Below are positions 10,314 to 18,843 of a stretch of 64,000 bases of DNA, piece after piece. Under the pieces are notes generated by a model that was not told where the DNA came from, searched no databases, and worked only from the letters and a program-made list of their open reading frames with translations. Source of the stretch: Candidatus Melainabacteria bacterium 17Bon1m. Its GTDB lineage: Bacteria > Cyanobacteriota > Vampirovibrionia > Obscuribacterales > Obscuribacteraceae. The DNA is taken from assembly GCA_032128875.1 (NCBI GenBank), contig JAVLKG010000002.1:576001-640000 (forward strand). The letters run 5' to 3'. A program made the position numbers and the translations under genes. Position 1 is the stretch's first letter, and the number at the start of each line of letters is the position of its first letter.

Positions 10314-10484
10314 ATGGAAGACTTTTCAGATTTTTCTTCCATAAATCAAGTTCGCAAAGCCCCATATGAGTAGGCTTTGTGAAACTCGTCCAAAGTTGGA
10401 ATTTGATTGTGATGTTTGGAGCGTTCAGAAACAGGCATTCTTCGATTTGAGATTATGGAAGATTTTTCTAGATTTTTCTTCCAC
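10314..10484. promoter_or_regulatory. Two copies of a palindromic operator-like element upstream of the AbiEi-like gene
   Basis: 10314-10342 ATGGAAGACTTTTCAGATTTTTCTTCCAT and 10455-10484 ATGGAAGATTTTTCTAGATTTTTCTTCCAC (arms TGGAAGA/TCTTCCA). Confidence 0.6.
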
Positions 10485-10521
10485 ATCTGAAATGCCAAAA
10501 TGAAGTGGTGTCAGCAAGAAT

Positions 10522-10555
10522 AAAGGGCCACCACTGGCGGTGATGGCTCCTTTTG
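10522..10555 (-). terminator. Probable intrinsic terminator after the M16 peptidase operon
   Basis: aaagggccaccactggcggtgatggctccttttg, an imperfect GC-rich stem with A/T tracts on both sides. Confidence 0.45.
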
Positions 10556-10618
10556 AATACTTGGCAGTTTGGTTCTGCAATATTGGTTTGCAATTCGGTT
10601 TTCGCTCAGACTTTGAGC

Positions 10619-12115
10619 TTAGCCGGGATTCTCCGACTTGGATTCGGTGCTTACTTTGCCTGAGACATCGTAGACATCAACCGGTCCAAAGATTTGCAGC
10701 TCGGGCTTGATCACTTTTGCGTCACCAACTACGGTGATTGCAATGTGCCCCAAATCAATGTGTTTTCTCGCGACGTTGCGTACATCATCTGCACTGACAG
10801 TCATAATCTTGTCTGTGTAGGTTTCAAGATAGTCACGTGGCAGATCATAGAGCTGACCTTCGAGCAGTCTTTGTGCAAGACCGCCTTGCGTTTCAAGACC
10901 CAGTTGGAATGAGCCTGTCAAATATTTCTTAGCTTCATTCAACTCTTTGTCAGAAACCTTCAGGTTTCTAATGCGCGAAAGCTCGTAGATAAATTCTTGA
11001 AGAGATGGCGCTGTCACTTCGGTTCTTACCGAAGCTTCCGCTCCGAATGAGCCGGGGTCTTTTCCTGCGGCAACGCCGGAATATGCACCATAAGTGAAGG
11101 ACTTAGCTTCTCTGAGGTTGAGGAATAATCTCGAGTTTGCTGCACCGCCAAGAATCTGGTTGGTTAGCACCATCGCGTAATAATCAGGGTCTGAGCGTTT
11201 AATGCCTATGTTTCCCAACTTTATGTTTGATTGGACTGAGCCAGGTCGGTCAACCAGGTAGATGCGTTGCTCAGTCCTCGTCGGTACAGCCTGTCCTTCG
11301 TTTTTAGCAATGTGACCAGGCTTCCATTGTTCGCTGAAGTCTTTGCTGATAAGCGGGCGGATCTTGGCGGAATCGAAATCGCCGATGATTACGATGGCTG
11401 ATTCATTCGGTAAGTAATTTGCTTTGTGAAAAGCTTCGAGATCTGCGCGCGTAATTGATTTTACGGATTCCGGTGTCGGCGCAATGCTTGAATAAGGATG
11501 CTCGCCGAAGATTACTTTGGCAAACCGCTCTTCCAGGAGGAAATCCGGATTGCTTCGCTTCATGGCCAACTCTTGAATAAGGTTGGTTTTCTTTAGATCG
11601 AATTCGGCTTGTGGGAAAGTCGGATTAAAGAGAATGTCTTCGAATACTGCAATCAGCCGATCTGTGTACTTAGAAAGTACGGAGCTGCTGACGATGGTGA
11701 AGTCGTTGTCGGCACCAGCCTTAAGACCACCACCAATGAAGTCGACTTCATCGGCTATCTGTTTGCTTGTTTTCTTTTTCGTGCCTTCCGTGAGCATATC
11801 GGCTGTCAAAGAGGCGACGCCTCTTTTCTTTACCGGGTCGAGCGAAGAGCCGATTTTTAGGCCGAGAGCTATTGTCACCAGTGGATAGCGATGGTCTTCA
11901 ACGAGCTGGACTGAAAGCCCATTGGCCAGTTTGAATGATTCAATTTTCGGCAAACGAAATGCACGTGGTGCAGGTGCCTCAGGTGGTTTCTTTCTCCATG
12001 CCTCGGAGGCTGCTGCTGTAGATGCAGCGGAAGAATCCTCTGCCCAGGCTGAGATGCATGGTGCCTGCATACTCATTGCGATGAGAAGACTGGTTGCTAA
12101 TGCTTTTACTCTCAT
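10619..12115 (-). CDS. M16 family peptidase, non-catalytic partner subunit, with signal peptide
   Basis: LANGLSV, MLTEGT without HxxEH, LGGAANSRLFLNLREAKSFTYG (R/Y pair). Confidence 0.85.
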   Translation of the reverse strand: MRVKALATSLLIAMSMQAPCISAWAEDSSAASTAAASEAWRKKPPEAPAPRAFRLPKIESFKLANGLSVQLVEDHRYPLVTIALGLKIGSSLDPVKKRGVASLTADMLTEGTKKKTSKQIADEVDFIGGGLKAGADNDFTIVSSSVLSKYTDRLIAVFEDILFNPTFPQAEFDLKKTNLIQELAMKRSNPDFLLEERFAKVIFGEHPYSSIAPTPESVKSITRADLEAFHKANYLPNESAIVIIGDFDSAKIRPLISKDFSEQWKPGHIAKNEGQAVPTRTEQRIYLVDRPGSVQSNIKLGNIGIKRSDPDYYAMVLTNQILGGAANSRLFLNLREAKSFTYGAYSGVAAGKDPGSFGAEASVRTEVTAPSLQEFIYELSRIRNLKVSDKELNEAKKYLTGSFQLGLETQGGLAQRLLEGQLYDLPRDYLETYTDKIMTVSADDVRNVARKHIDLGHIAITVVGDAKVIKPELQIFGPVDVYDVSGKVSTESKSENPG

Positions 12116-12189
12116 TACTCTCTCCTAGTTCGTCCTTAAAAGTAGCTTGTTCGAATTTTTGAATTCAGTTTTTCAATTCTTTCGACCGT

Positions 12190-13962
12190 CTACTTTTTGG
12201 ACTCCTCCAATTCTTTCTTCTCTGGTGGTGTCTTTCCTGCATCCGGTGCGGGAGTGTCTTTTGTGGCATCAGCACTTCCTGGAGTTGTTGCTTCGGTTTT
12301 TCCTGGAGTTGCTGACTCGACCTTTTCCGGAGCTGTCGTGTTTTTGTCAGGCTGCGGTGCACTGCCTGCCTCGGCATCGACCTTTGCAGGAGCGGGCTTT
12401 TCCTCCTTGCCTTCTTTGGGTTCGATGTCTACGACGCAGACTATGTCTTTGTTGAACATTGATTTGGCAACACGCTGAACATCTTTGGCAGACACGTTCA
12501 TATAGGCTTCGAGATCTTTGTCGATCAGTTTAGGATCGCCAAAGAATAGAGTGTATTCACCAAGATGTTCGGCTCTTCCAAGGCTGCGCTGCAATGAAGT
12601 ATGCGCGTTTGCAAACAGCGTTCGCAAAATCTGGTTCTTTGCTTTCTCCAGTTCTTCCGGAGCGACTGGTTTGTTCTTTAAATTGTCCAGTTCTTCGAAA
12701 AGCACCTGACGTGCGCGTTCGGGAGTATTGCCCGGCTTCAATACGACGAAAGCTTCGAAACCCGATGGTCCGCGACGTTCGTCATACCCAGCGTCAGCTT
12801 TGAGTGCGATTTTTTCGCCTTTCACCATTCGCTGATAAAGTCGTGATGATTCGCCGGCTGAGAGCAGTTTTTCTATAACTCCCAAAACATAATAGTCGGG
12901 CTCTCTTCTTCCTGGTGCGCGCCAACCGATCCAGAAAGCCGGCAGGTTTGCGTGTTTGTCTTCGACCTTTGCGTACTTGGATTTGGTCATTGGACCTTCC
13001 GCTACATCCGGCTTGGGAGGAGCCTCTTGTCTTGGAATAGTGGCAAAGTATTTTTCGACTAGCGGCTTCATCTCGTTGCTGTTGAAGTCACCAACTACAA
13101 CAAGAACTGCATTGTTCGGCGCATAGTAGGTTTTGAAAAATGCACGCACATCATCGAGACTGGATTCTTCGAGATCTTTGAAGTAGCCGATCGTCGGGTG
13201 GCCGTTTACCCAGTTGTCGAAAAGCATCTCGTCAAACTTGATGGATGCAGGGACATAAGGTTGATTGTCGTAGTTGAGTCGTTTTTCTTCTTTGACTGTC
13301 TCCAACTGATTCTGGAAATTTTCCGGAGTCAGTTTTAGCGAGCGCATGCGGTCTGATTCCAACCACAATGCCAGCTCTGCTTGATTGCTCGGAAGCTTTT
13401 CGAAGTAGTTGGTGAAGTCCGGGTGGGTCGAACCGTTCAAGCTGCCGCCTGCGCTCTCCACGTACTTGAAGTGCTCGGTTTTGCCTACGTTTTCGGAACC
13501 CTCGAACATCATGTGCTCGAAAAGATGGGCAAATCCCGAGCGGCCTTTCTTCTCGTTGCGCGCACCGACATCATAAAGAATGGCGACTGCCACTACCGGC
13601 ACTGAATGGTCTTCTGAGAAAACAACGCGCAACCCGTTTTCCAATTTGAAATCAGCGCTTACCGGAATGAGAGGTTTTCTCAATTCCAAGCTCGCTTTGG
13701 TCGCTGTCTTTGTAGCGACTTTTGCTGCAATTCTTATCGCTTTGTTAGACCGCTTTGCGAGTCTTCTTGCACCTCTTGTGGTGCTACCTGGACGTTTGTT
13801 TGCCGCTGCCTTTGTTGCATGCGACTGAGATTTTGTTGCACTCTTTGCTAACGACGCCAACGTCGCTGATTGCCCACCTATTAATAGACTCAATCCGACC
13901 ATCACGGTGATACCTTTTTTCACCGGATTGAAGGGGGAGATATTAGCTATCTTCGTCATCAT
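12190..13962 (-). CDS. M16 family zinc peptidase, catalytic subunit
   Basis: GFAHLFEHMMFEGS (HxxEH), LESDRM, VKEEKR, YYAPNNA; basic N-terminal extension and low-complexity C-tail; ggag RBS before ATG 13962. Confidence 0.9.
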   Translation of the reverse strand: MMTKIANISPFNPVKKGITVMVGLSLLIGGQSATLASLAKSATKSQSHATKAAANKRPGSTTRGARRLAKRSNKAIRIAAKVATKTATKASLELRKPLIPVSADFKLENGLRVVFSEDHSVPVVAVAILYDVGARNEKKGRSGFAHLFEHMMFEGSENVGKTEHFKYVESAGGSLNGSTHPDFTNYFEKLPSNQAELALWLESDRMRSLKLTPENFQNQLETVKEEKRLNYDNQPYVPASIKFDEMLFDNWVNGHPTIGYFKDLEESSLDDVRAFFKTYYAPNNAVLVVVGDFNSNEMKPLVEKYFATIPRQEAPPKPDVAEGPMTKSKYAKVEDKHANLPAFWIGWRAPGRREPDYYVLGVIEKLLSAGESSRLYQRMVKGEKIALKADAGYDERRGPSGFEAFVVLKPGNTPERARQVLFEELDNLKNKPVAPEELEKAKNQILRTLFANAHTSLQRSLGRAEHLGEYTLFFGDPKLIDKDLEAYMNVSAKDVQRVAKSMFNKDIVCVVDIEPKEGKEEKPAPAKVDAEAGSAPQPDKNTTAPEKVESATPGKTEATTPGSADATKDTPAPDAGKTPPEKKELEESKK

Positions 13963-14134
13963 CAGCTCCAAGCAAGACCGAAGTCCAAAAAATCGAAACT
14001 ACCAAAATGGAAAGTATTGCCGAACCCACGCAGACTTTATCCGGTAGCCCGTAACGCTTCATCATCAGATACGTCGCCGCGGACAGTATCAGTGCTAAAA
14101 CGGCTACCAGATGGTTGACTGTAAGTGTCGGCAT
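13943..14134 (-). CDS. Small 2-TM hypothetical membrane protein
   Basis: 63 aa, two hydrophobic helices, acidic tail; overlaps the start of the M16 gene. Confidence 0.55.
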   Translation of the reverse strand: MPTLTVNHLVAVLALILSAATYLMMKRYGLPDKVCVGSAILSILVVSIFWTSVLLGADDDEDS

Positions 14135-14179
14135 TCGCGAATACTTTTGCTACCACTTCCATTGAGCCTTGGATGAGGG

Positions 14180-14364
14180 GCGACCTCAGTTCCTGGCACA
14201 AGGGAAAAGCATAACAGGTACCAGCCTTCCAACCCTTAAAAGGGTCTGGATTGCAAAGTTTTCGCCGTAACGCGGTAAATGACGTCCTCTCGAACGCTTG
14301 TCCCGCTGCTCAGGTGGCTGCCTATGCTCTTGCCGCAGCTCCAGAGTCCCTGCAACTAGGCCGC
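14180..14364 (-). ncRNA. Candidate 185-nt structured non-coding RNA (6S RNA-sized)
   Basis: On the minus strand the ends pair (gcggcctagtt/aactgaggtcgc), then aagagcataggcag/ctgttatgctttt; internal hairpins cgttc-GAGA-ggacg and tccagaccctt-tt-aagggttgga. Several pairs are G-U on minus but A-C mismatches on plus. Confidence 0.55.
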
Positions 14365-15174
14365 TTAGATGCGAGCGTGCGAAAGAGTTTCCGCACACTT
14401 GCAGCCCTTTCTTTCCGGCTTGATCTCTTCAATAAGATTGACCAGAAGCGACTGGAGTTTGGTGATGTTTTCACCAAAAACTTTCACTACTTCGCTGTGC
14501 GAAACCGGCTCTACATCACCTACAAGACCGGAGTCGTAGTCTGTAATCAAAGCTATATTGACGACGCACAATTCAAGTTCGCGGGCCAGGTGCGCTTCAG
14601 GATACTGGGTCATATTGATTACTTCCCAACCCATTGAAGTAAACCATCTCGACTCCGCTTTGGTCGAAAACCGAGGACCCTGGATGACGACAACCGTTCC
14701 TTTTTCGTGCATGGTGATGCCGGCTTTGCGCCCGGCAGCAATTGCTTGCAGGCGAAGTTCAGGGCAATATGGATCAGCCGCAGATACGTGTGTGGCGATA
14801 GGACCGTCGTAAAAGGTGTCTATGCGACCGGAGGTGCGGTCTACATATTGATCGCTGACGACAAAGCTGCCCGGAGCCACATTTGTCTGTAGCGACCCGG
14901 CCGCGCAGGGCGAGATGATTCTCGTCACTCCCAGGGACTTCATCGCGTATAAATTGGCTCTGTAGTTGATTTTGTGTGGCGGGATCTGGTGACTGGCGCC
15001 GTGTCTTGGAAGAAATGCCACCTTCTTGCCTGCCATGGTGCCAATAACTAATTTGTCGGAGGGGGAGCCGTATGGGGTTTCAACGGCCCGCTCTTCGTAT
15101 TTATCGAAGAGTTTGTAGAAGCCAGAACCACCAAAAACGCCGATGTCTGCAACTTTTTCTTTTTTGTCGGTCAC
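14365..15174 (-). CDS. mtnP: S-methyl-5'-thioadenosine phosphorylase
   Basis: GVFGGSG, TPYGSPS, PRHG, INYRAN, QGPRFSTKAES, INMT, ITDYD. Confidence 0.92.
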   Translation of the reverse strand: MTDKKEKVADIGVFGGSGFYKLFDKYEERAVETPYGSPSDKLVIGTMAGKKVAFLPRHGASHQIPPHKINYRANLYAMKSLGVTRIISPCAAGSLQTNVAPGSFVVSDQYVDRTSGRIDTFYDGPIATHVSAADPYCPELRLQAIAAGRKAGITMHEKGTVVVIQGPRFSTKAESRWFTSMGWEVINMTQYPEAHLARELELCVVNIALITDYDSGLVGDVEPVSHSEVVKVFGENITKLQSLLVNLIEEIKPERKGCKCAETLSHARI

Positions 15175-15444
15175 TTGAGTCTTTGCTCCAATCTCAAATC
15201 AGGGGAAACCACATGGCAAGTCGAATTTCAACAAGGTAGCCTATAGTATCACCCCCGAGTTGGGGGGCTGAAGCGACCAAAAACCCGCTGTAACGAGGCT
15301 GGAATCCGCCGTATATGTCTAAAAAATCGCGCTAGCGGGTATATAACCAGGACTGAATGTGCCCCTGGGCAAGGTTTTGCCGGAAAGGATAAAGTAAATT
15401 ACCGGCAATATCGCAGCAAACTAGACAGAAACAACGCACTCGCA

Positions 15445-16821
15445 TTGCACATACCATCGGAAAGCAAAGTCATGGAAACAGTACGGAAGCATCTATTTTT
15501 TTTCTCGTTATCCGCTTTAGTAACACTGATTGGCTCTTTTCCGTTTCTTCAAGCATCCGCCAACGAGAGACAATTAGTTGCCTATCCGTTTGACGCAACC
15601 AAGACACTTGGACGCGCAAAGGTTGATGATAAGGCGGATCCGGAGCAGATTTACTATAAAGTTTGGCGCCTGATCAAAGAAGATTACGTTGACGACCGAT
15701 TCAACGGACAGGATTGGGACATCTGGCGCCACCGCTACGACGGTAAGTTGAAGACGACCGACGACGCTCATAAAGCGATCGAAACAATGCTAGCCAGCCT
15801 TGGTGACCGATATACTCGTTTCCTCGATAACGATGCATTCGATGACGAGAATTCTCAGATTCATGCTGAGCTTTGCGGCATCGGCATTCAGATCGGTTTG
15901 GACAAAGTGCAGAACATCATAATCATCGCCCCGATTGAAGACACTCCGGCTCAGAAGGCCGGTTTGCAGTCTTCCGATGAGATCGTCGAGATTGATGGAG
16001 TTTCAACCAAAGGATATTCAGTAGAAGAAGCCGCCAAGCATATTCGAGGCAATATCAACACCAAAGTAAATCTGACCATCATGCGCCACAAGCACCGCCT
16101 CAAAGTGGCAGTTGTACGCGCGAAAATTCCGATCAAAGCTGTTCAGACTGTCAAAATGCTTGACGGTGATATCGGCTATATCCGCTTGTCTAGCTTCATT
16201 TCACAGCAAGCAAACCGCGAAATGAGAGAGGCAATCACCAAGCTTACGCCTTCTAAAGCCTTGATTCTCGACCTTAGAGAAAATCCGGGTGGATTGCTCA
16301 CTAATGCTATCGAGATCGCAAACATGTTCCTTGATCACGGCAACATCGTTTCTACTGTCGATCGCGATGGATACAAAACCGCCCAAACGGCCGACGGAAA
16401 TCAGCTCTGCAAAAAACCGCTCTGCATCTTGATTAACAAAGGCAGTGCCTCTGCATCCGAGATCACATCCGGTGCGCTGAAAGATAATGGCAGAGCCATT
16501 CTTGTCGGACAGAGGTCGTTCGGAAAAGGGCTTGTACAGGGCATAAATCGTCTCGAGGACGGCAGTGGCGTCAATATCACTATCGCTAAATACCTGACTC
16601 CTGCTGATATCGACATCAACAAGAAAGGCATTACACCAGACCAGGTTGTAGAGCTTTCCGAAGATGACCTCAAGACAGGAAAAGGCTGCTGGTGGAATGA
16701 CCCCGAAGGACCGCAGGTTAAGAGACAACCGGAAGACTTCAAAGACAAGCAATTGAAGGCCGCTTTCGATCTTCTCAAAGTCAAGGTAAGCCAATCCGGA
16801 GCGGTTGCAATCGGCCACTAG
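15445..16821 (+). CDS. ctpA: S41 carboxyl-terminal processing protease (PDZ + S41); likely start ATG 15472
   Basis: LGDRYTRFL, PDZ GIGIQI, LDLRENPGGLL, SASASEI (catalytic Ser), FGKG (catalytic Lys). Confidence 0.9.
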   Translation: MHIPSESKVMETVRKHLFFFSLSALVTLIGSFPFLQASANERQLVAYPFDATKTLGRAKVDDKADPEQIYYKVWRLIKEDYVDDRFNGQDWDIWRHRYDGKLKTTDDAHKAIETMLASLGDRYTRFLDNDAFDDENSQIHAELCGIGIQIGLDKVQNIIIIAPIEDTPAQKAGLQSSDEIVEIDGVSTKGYSVEEAAKHIRGNINTKVNLTIMRHKHRLKVAVVRAKIPIKAVQTVKMLDGDIGYIRLSSFISQQANREMREAITKLTPSKALILDLRENPGGLLTNAIEIANMFLDHGNIVSTVDRDGYKTAQTADGNQLCKKPLCILINKGSASASEITSGALKDNGRAILVGQRSFGKGLVQGINRLEDGSGVNITIAKYLTPADIDINKKGITPDQVVELSEDDLKTGKGCWWNDPEGPQVKRQPEDFKDKQLKAAFDLLKVKVSQSGAVAIGH

Positions 16822-16858
16822 GTAAAGCTTCTGCGCAACCACCCTTTAGTGTCTTTTC

Positions 16859-17707
16859 GTGGACCGAAATAGGTACTATAGTTGCGTAATGCCTGAGAAG
16901 AAAAATACCGATAAAGTTCCAGCAATGCGTTCTGGCGAACTAGAATCTGCAGCGCAGTTCAAACGCGAATTCGCATTTGGTGTGGCGGTTTTCGGCACCG
17001 AAGCCGGTTGTGGAAAAACGATTTTCATGACCGGTCTTTCAGCAGCCTTACGTGATGAAGGATTTCCGACAAGAGCTATAAAACCATTTGTTCTCAGTTC
17101 TAGACGAGATGCTGAAAACGAGTTGGCATTTATCAGCTCAATTACCCACACTCCAGTCAACTATCCCGTTGTCATCATGGATAAGTCCTCGGCAGTGCAA
17201 GAAGGCAACTGGCAACAGGCTGCCAATATGACGAGGTCTGGTCAGCATCTGACTTTTGTGGAATTGCCCAACTCTCCGGCAACGCCTATTTTGTATGAAC
17301 ACACGAGCGCAGGCACTATCGGCTCAGGCTGGAAAGATGCAGCCTCTTTCGCATGCGATCTTGGACTGCCGTGCATTTTGATCGCAAAACACAACAAAGA
17401 TGCTCTTGAGAAGATAATGCTGGCCGCGAGTTATCTGCGCTCCAAAGACGCTAAATTGGTTGGCGTCGGCACCGTCGAAACCACTGAGTACGGCGCCGCC
17501 AACGAACTCAAATTGACAAAGTCGGAACTGGAATTGGCGATTATGAATAGTGCCAAAACCCATTATTTAGGCGCCATCGAATACAGCCCTTCAATCAGCG
17601 TTCCGCGCGTTAATCAGGGCAACTTGATTAAGGTCACGTCCGCCGGCGTTGATCTCCTGCATGTACTGAGAAGCCTCGGCGCACCGGCATCGCTTTCCAA
17701 AAGCTAA
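16859..17707 (+). CDS. Dethiobiotin synthase (BioD)-like P-loop protein, divergent; likely start ATG 16889
   Basis: FGTEAGCGKT Walker A, AIKPF, DLGLPCILIA, YLGAI; lacks the canonical EGAGG motif. Confidence 0.6.
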   Translation: MDRNRYYSCVMPEKKNTDKVPAMRSGELESAAQFKREFAFGVAVFGTEAGCGKTIFMTGLSAALRDEGFPTRAIKPFVLSSRRDAENELAFISSITHTPVNYPVVIMDKSSAVQEGNWQQAANMTRSGQHLTFVELPNSPATPILYEHTSAGTIGSGWKDAASFACDLGLPCILIAKHNKDALEKIMLAASYLRSKDAKLVGVGTVETTEYGAANELKLTKSELELAIMNSAKTHYLGAIEYSPSISVPRVNQGNLIKVTSAGVDLLHVLRSLGAPASLSKS

Positions 17708-17822
17708 CTCGTCTAAATTCCGTTCCTTAAAGATATAGAAGCAAATGGCTGTAAGCTCCCCGGGTCATGCCAAACTTTCTTTTGCGCCCGAATTCCGGAA
17801 TTCAGGAGCTTGACCTCCTGTT

Positions 17823-18770
17823 TTGGGAGCAGTGGGTCGGTCCGGGCGTCTGAGCCAACGCTGTTTGTCGGCGCTCCCAAGTTCGGTTGGCTGCGCTTTT
17901 ACCCTGGAGTTCGCATTGGAGAACACCGAATCAGCCGTCAACGAGACAAAAAAACTGGCAGCAGATGCCAGAGAACTTGTTGTGTTCACCCTTTCAGATT
18001 CCTCCGGCGAGACTGCTGAAGCCGTGGGACGAGCCGCACTGGTGCAGTTTCCACCCGGACGCGCTTCTATCTACCGGCTGCCGCAAGTAAAGAGCTGCCA
18101 GCAATTGGCAGGACTTGTTCGTGAATGCGCGAACGGGCGTGCGGTCATCGCCTACACGCTCGTTTTGCCGGAATACAGAGAAACGCTCGAAGCCGAAGCT
18201 GCGAAGTTCAGCATACCGACTGTGGATTTGCTTGGTCCTCTAATTTCTCGCATTGCCAGTATTACTCAAACCTCGCCCCTTTCTCAGCCCGGTCGTTTGC
18301 ACCTCTTGGACGAGAGTTATTTCAAGCGTATCGAGGCGGTTGATTTTGCAATTCGATTTGATGATGGCAAAAACCCTGATGGAATCAAGCAAGCCGACAT
18401 TGTGTTGGTCGGTGTTTCGCGAACCAGCAAAACACCCAATTGCATGTACTTGGCTCACCATTACGGTTTGAAGGCAGCGAACGTTCCTCTCGTCTTCGGC
18501 GTTGATCCACCTTTGGCACTTTTCCAGATCAATCCAAAGAAGATTTTTGGATTAGCGATCGACCCTTATTTGTTGCAGGAGATACGGACTACAAGAGCGA
18601 TTGTGCTTGGAATGCGCGGTGAAAATGACTACGCCGATCCGGATCGCATTCGCCAAGAAGTTCGCTACGCCAAAAAGATTTTCCGCGAACTTAAGTGCCA
18701 CGTAATTGATGTTTCTGCAAAAGCAATCGAAGAAACGTCCAGCGAAATTTTCCTTCAATTGAGGCAGTAG
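17823..18770 (+). CDS. ppsR: PPDK/PEP-synthase regulatory kinase-pyrophosphorylase (DUF299); likely start TTG 17916
   Basis: SDSSGETAE, YFKRIEAVDFAIRFDDG, GVSRTSKTP, KAIEET; directly upstream of ppdK. Confidence 0.9.
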   Translation: MGAVGRSGRLSQRCLSALPSSVGCAFTLEFALENTESAVNETKKLAADARELVVFTLSDSSGETAEAVGRAALVQFPPGRASIYRLPQVKSCQQLAGLVRECANGRAVIAYTLVLPEYRETLEAEAAKFSIPTVDLLGPLISRIASITQTSPLSQPGRLHLLDESYFKRIEAVDFAIRFDDGKNPDGIKQADIVLVGVSRTSKTPNCMYLAHHYGLKAANVPLVFGVDPPLALFQINPKKIFGLAIDPYLLQEIRTTRAIVLGMRGENDYADPDRIRQEVRYAKKIFRELKCHVIDVSAKAIEETSSEIFLQLRQ

Positions 18771-18843
18771 CCTGCATCGGTAAACATTCAAAGTATCCAA
18801 TCAAACGAATCACAAGGTCCGTTGCAATAAGGGAGAAAACAAA

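Noticed and set aside
10270-10618. CRISPR array or IS ends in the AT-rich gap
   Set aside because: Only two repeat copies about 140 bp apart; no cas or transposase genes and no target-site duplication seen.
12190-12440. Low-complexity P/A/K/T-rich tail of the M16 peptidase and overlapping short ORFs
   Set aside because: A disordered tail; the overlapping ORFs are compositional artefacts.
14171-14364. tmRNA, SRP RNA, RNase P RNA or SAM riboswitch identity for the structured region
   Set aside because: No tRNA-like T-arm/CCA end, no SRP helix-8 motif, no GAGGAAAGUCC, and no SAM-I core.
14186-14637. ORFs 14186..14398(-) and 14251..14637(+)
   Set aside because: They overlap mtnP, lack a clear RBS or motifs, and the region is better explained as a structured RNA.
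15251-15352. ccccc/ggggg hairpin and acccgct...agcgggt inverted repeat between mtnP and ctpA
   Set aside because: Short, single-copy and compatible with chance in a divergent promoter region.
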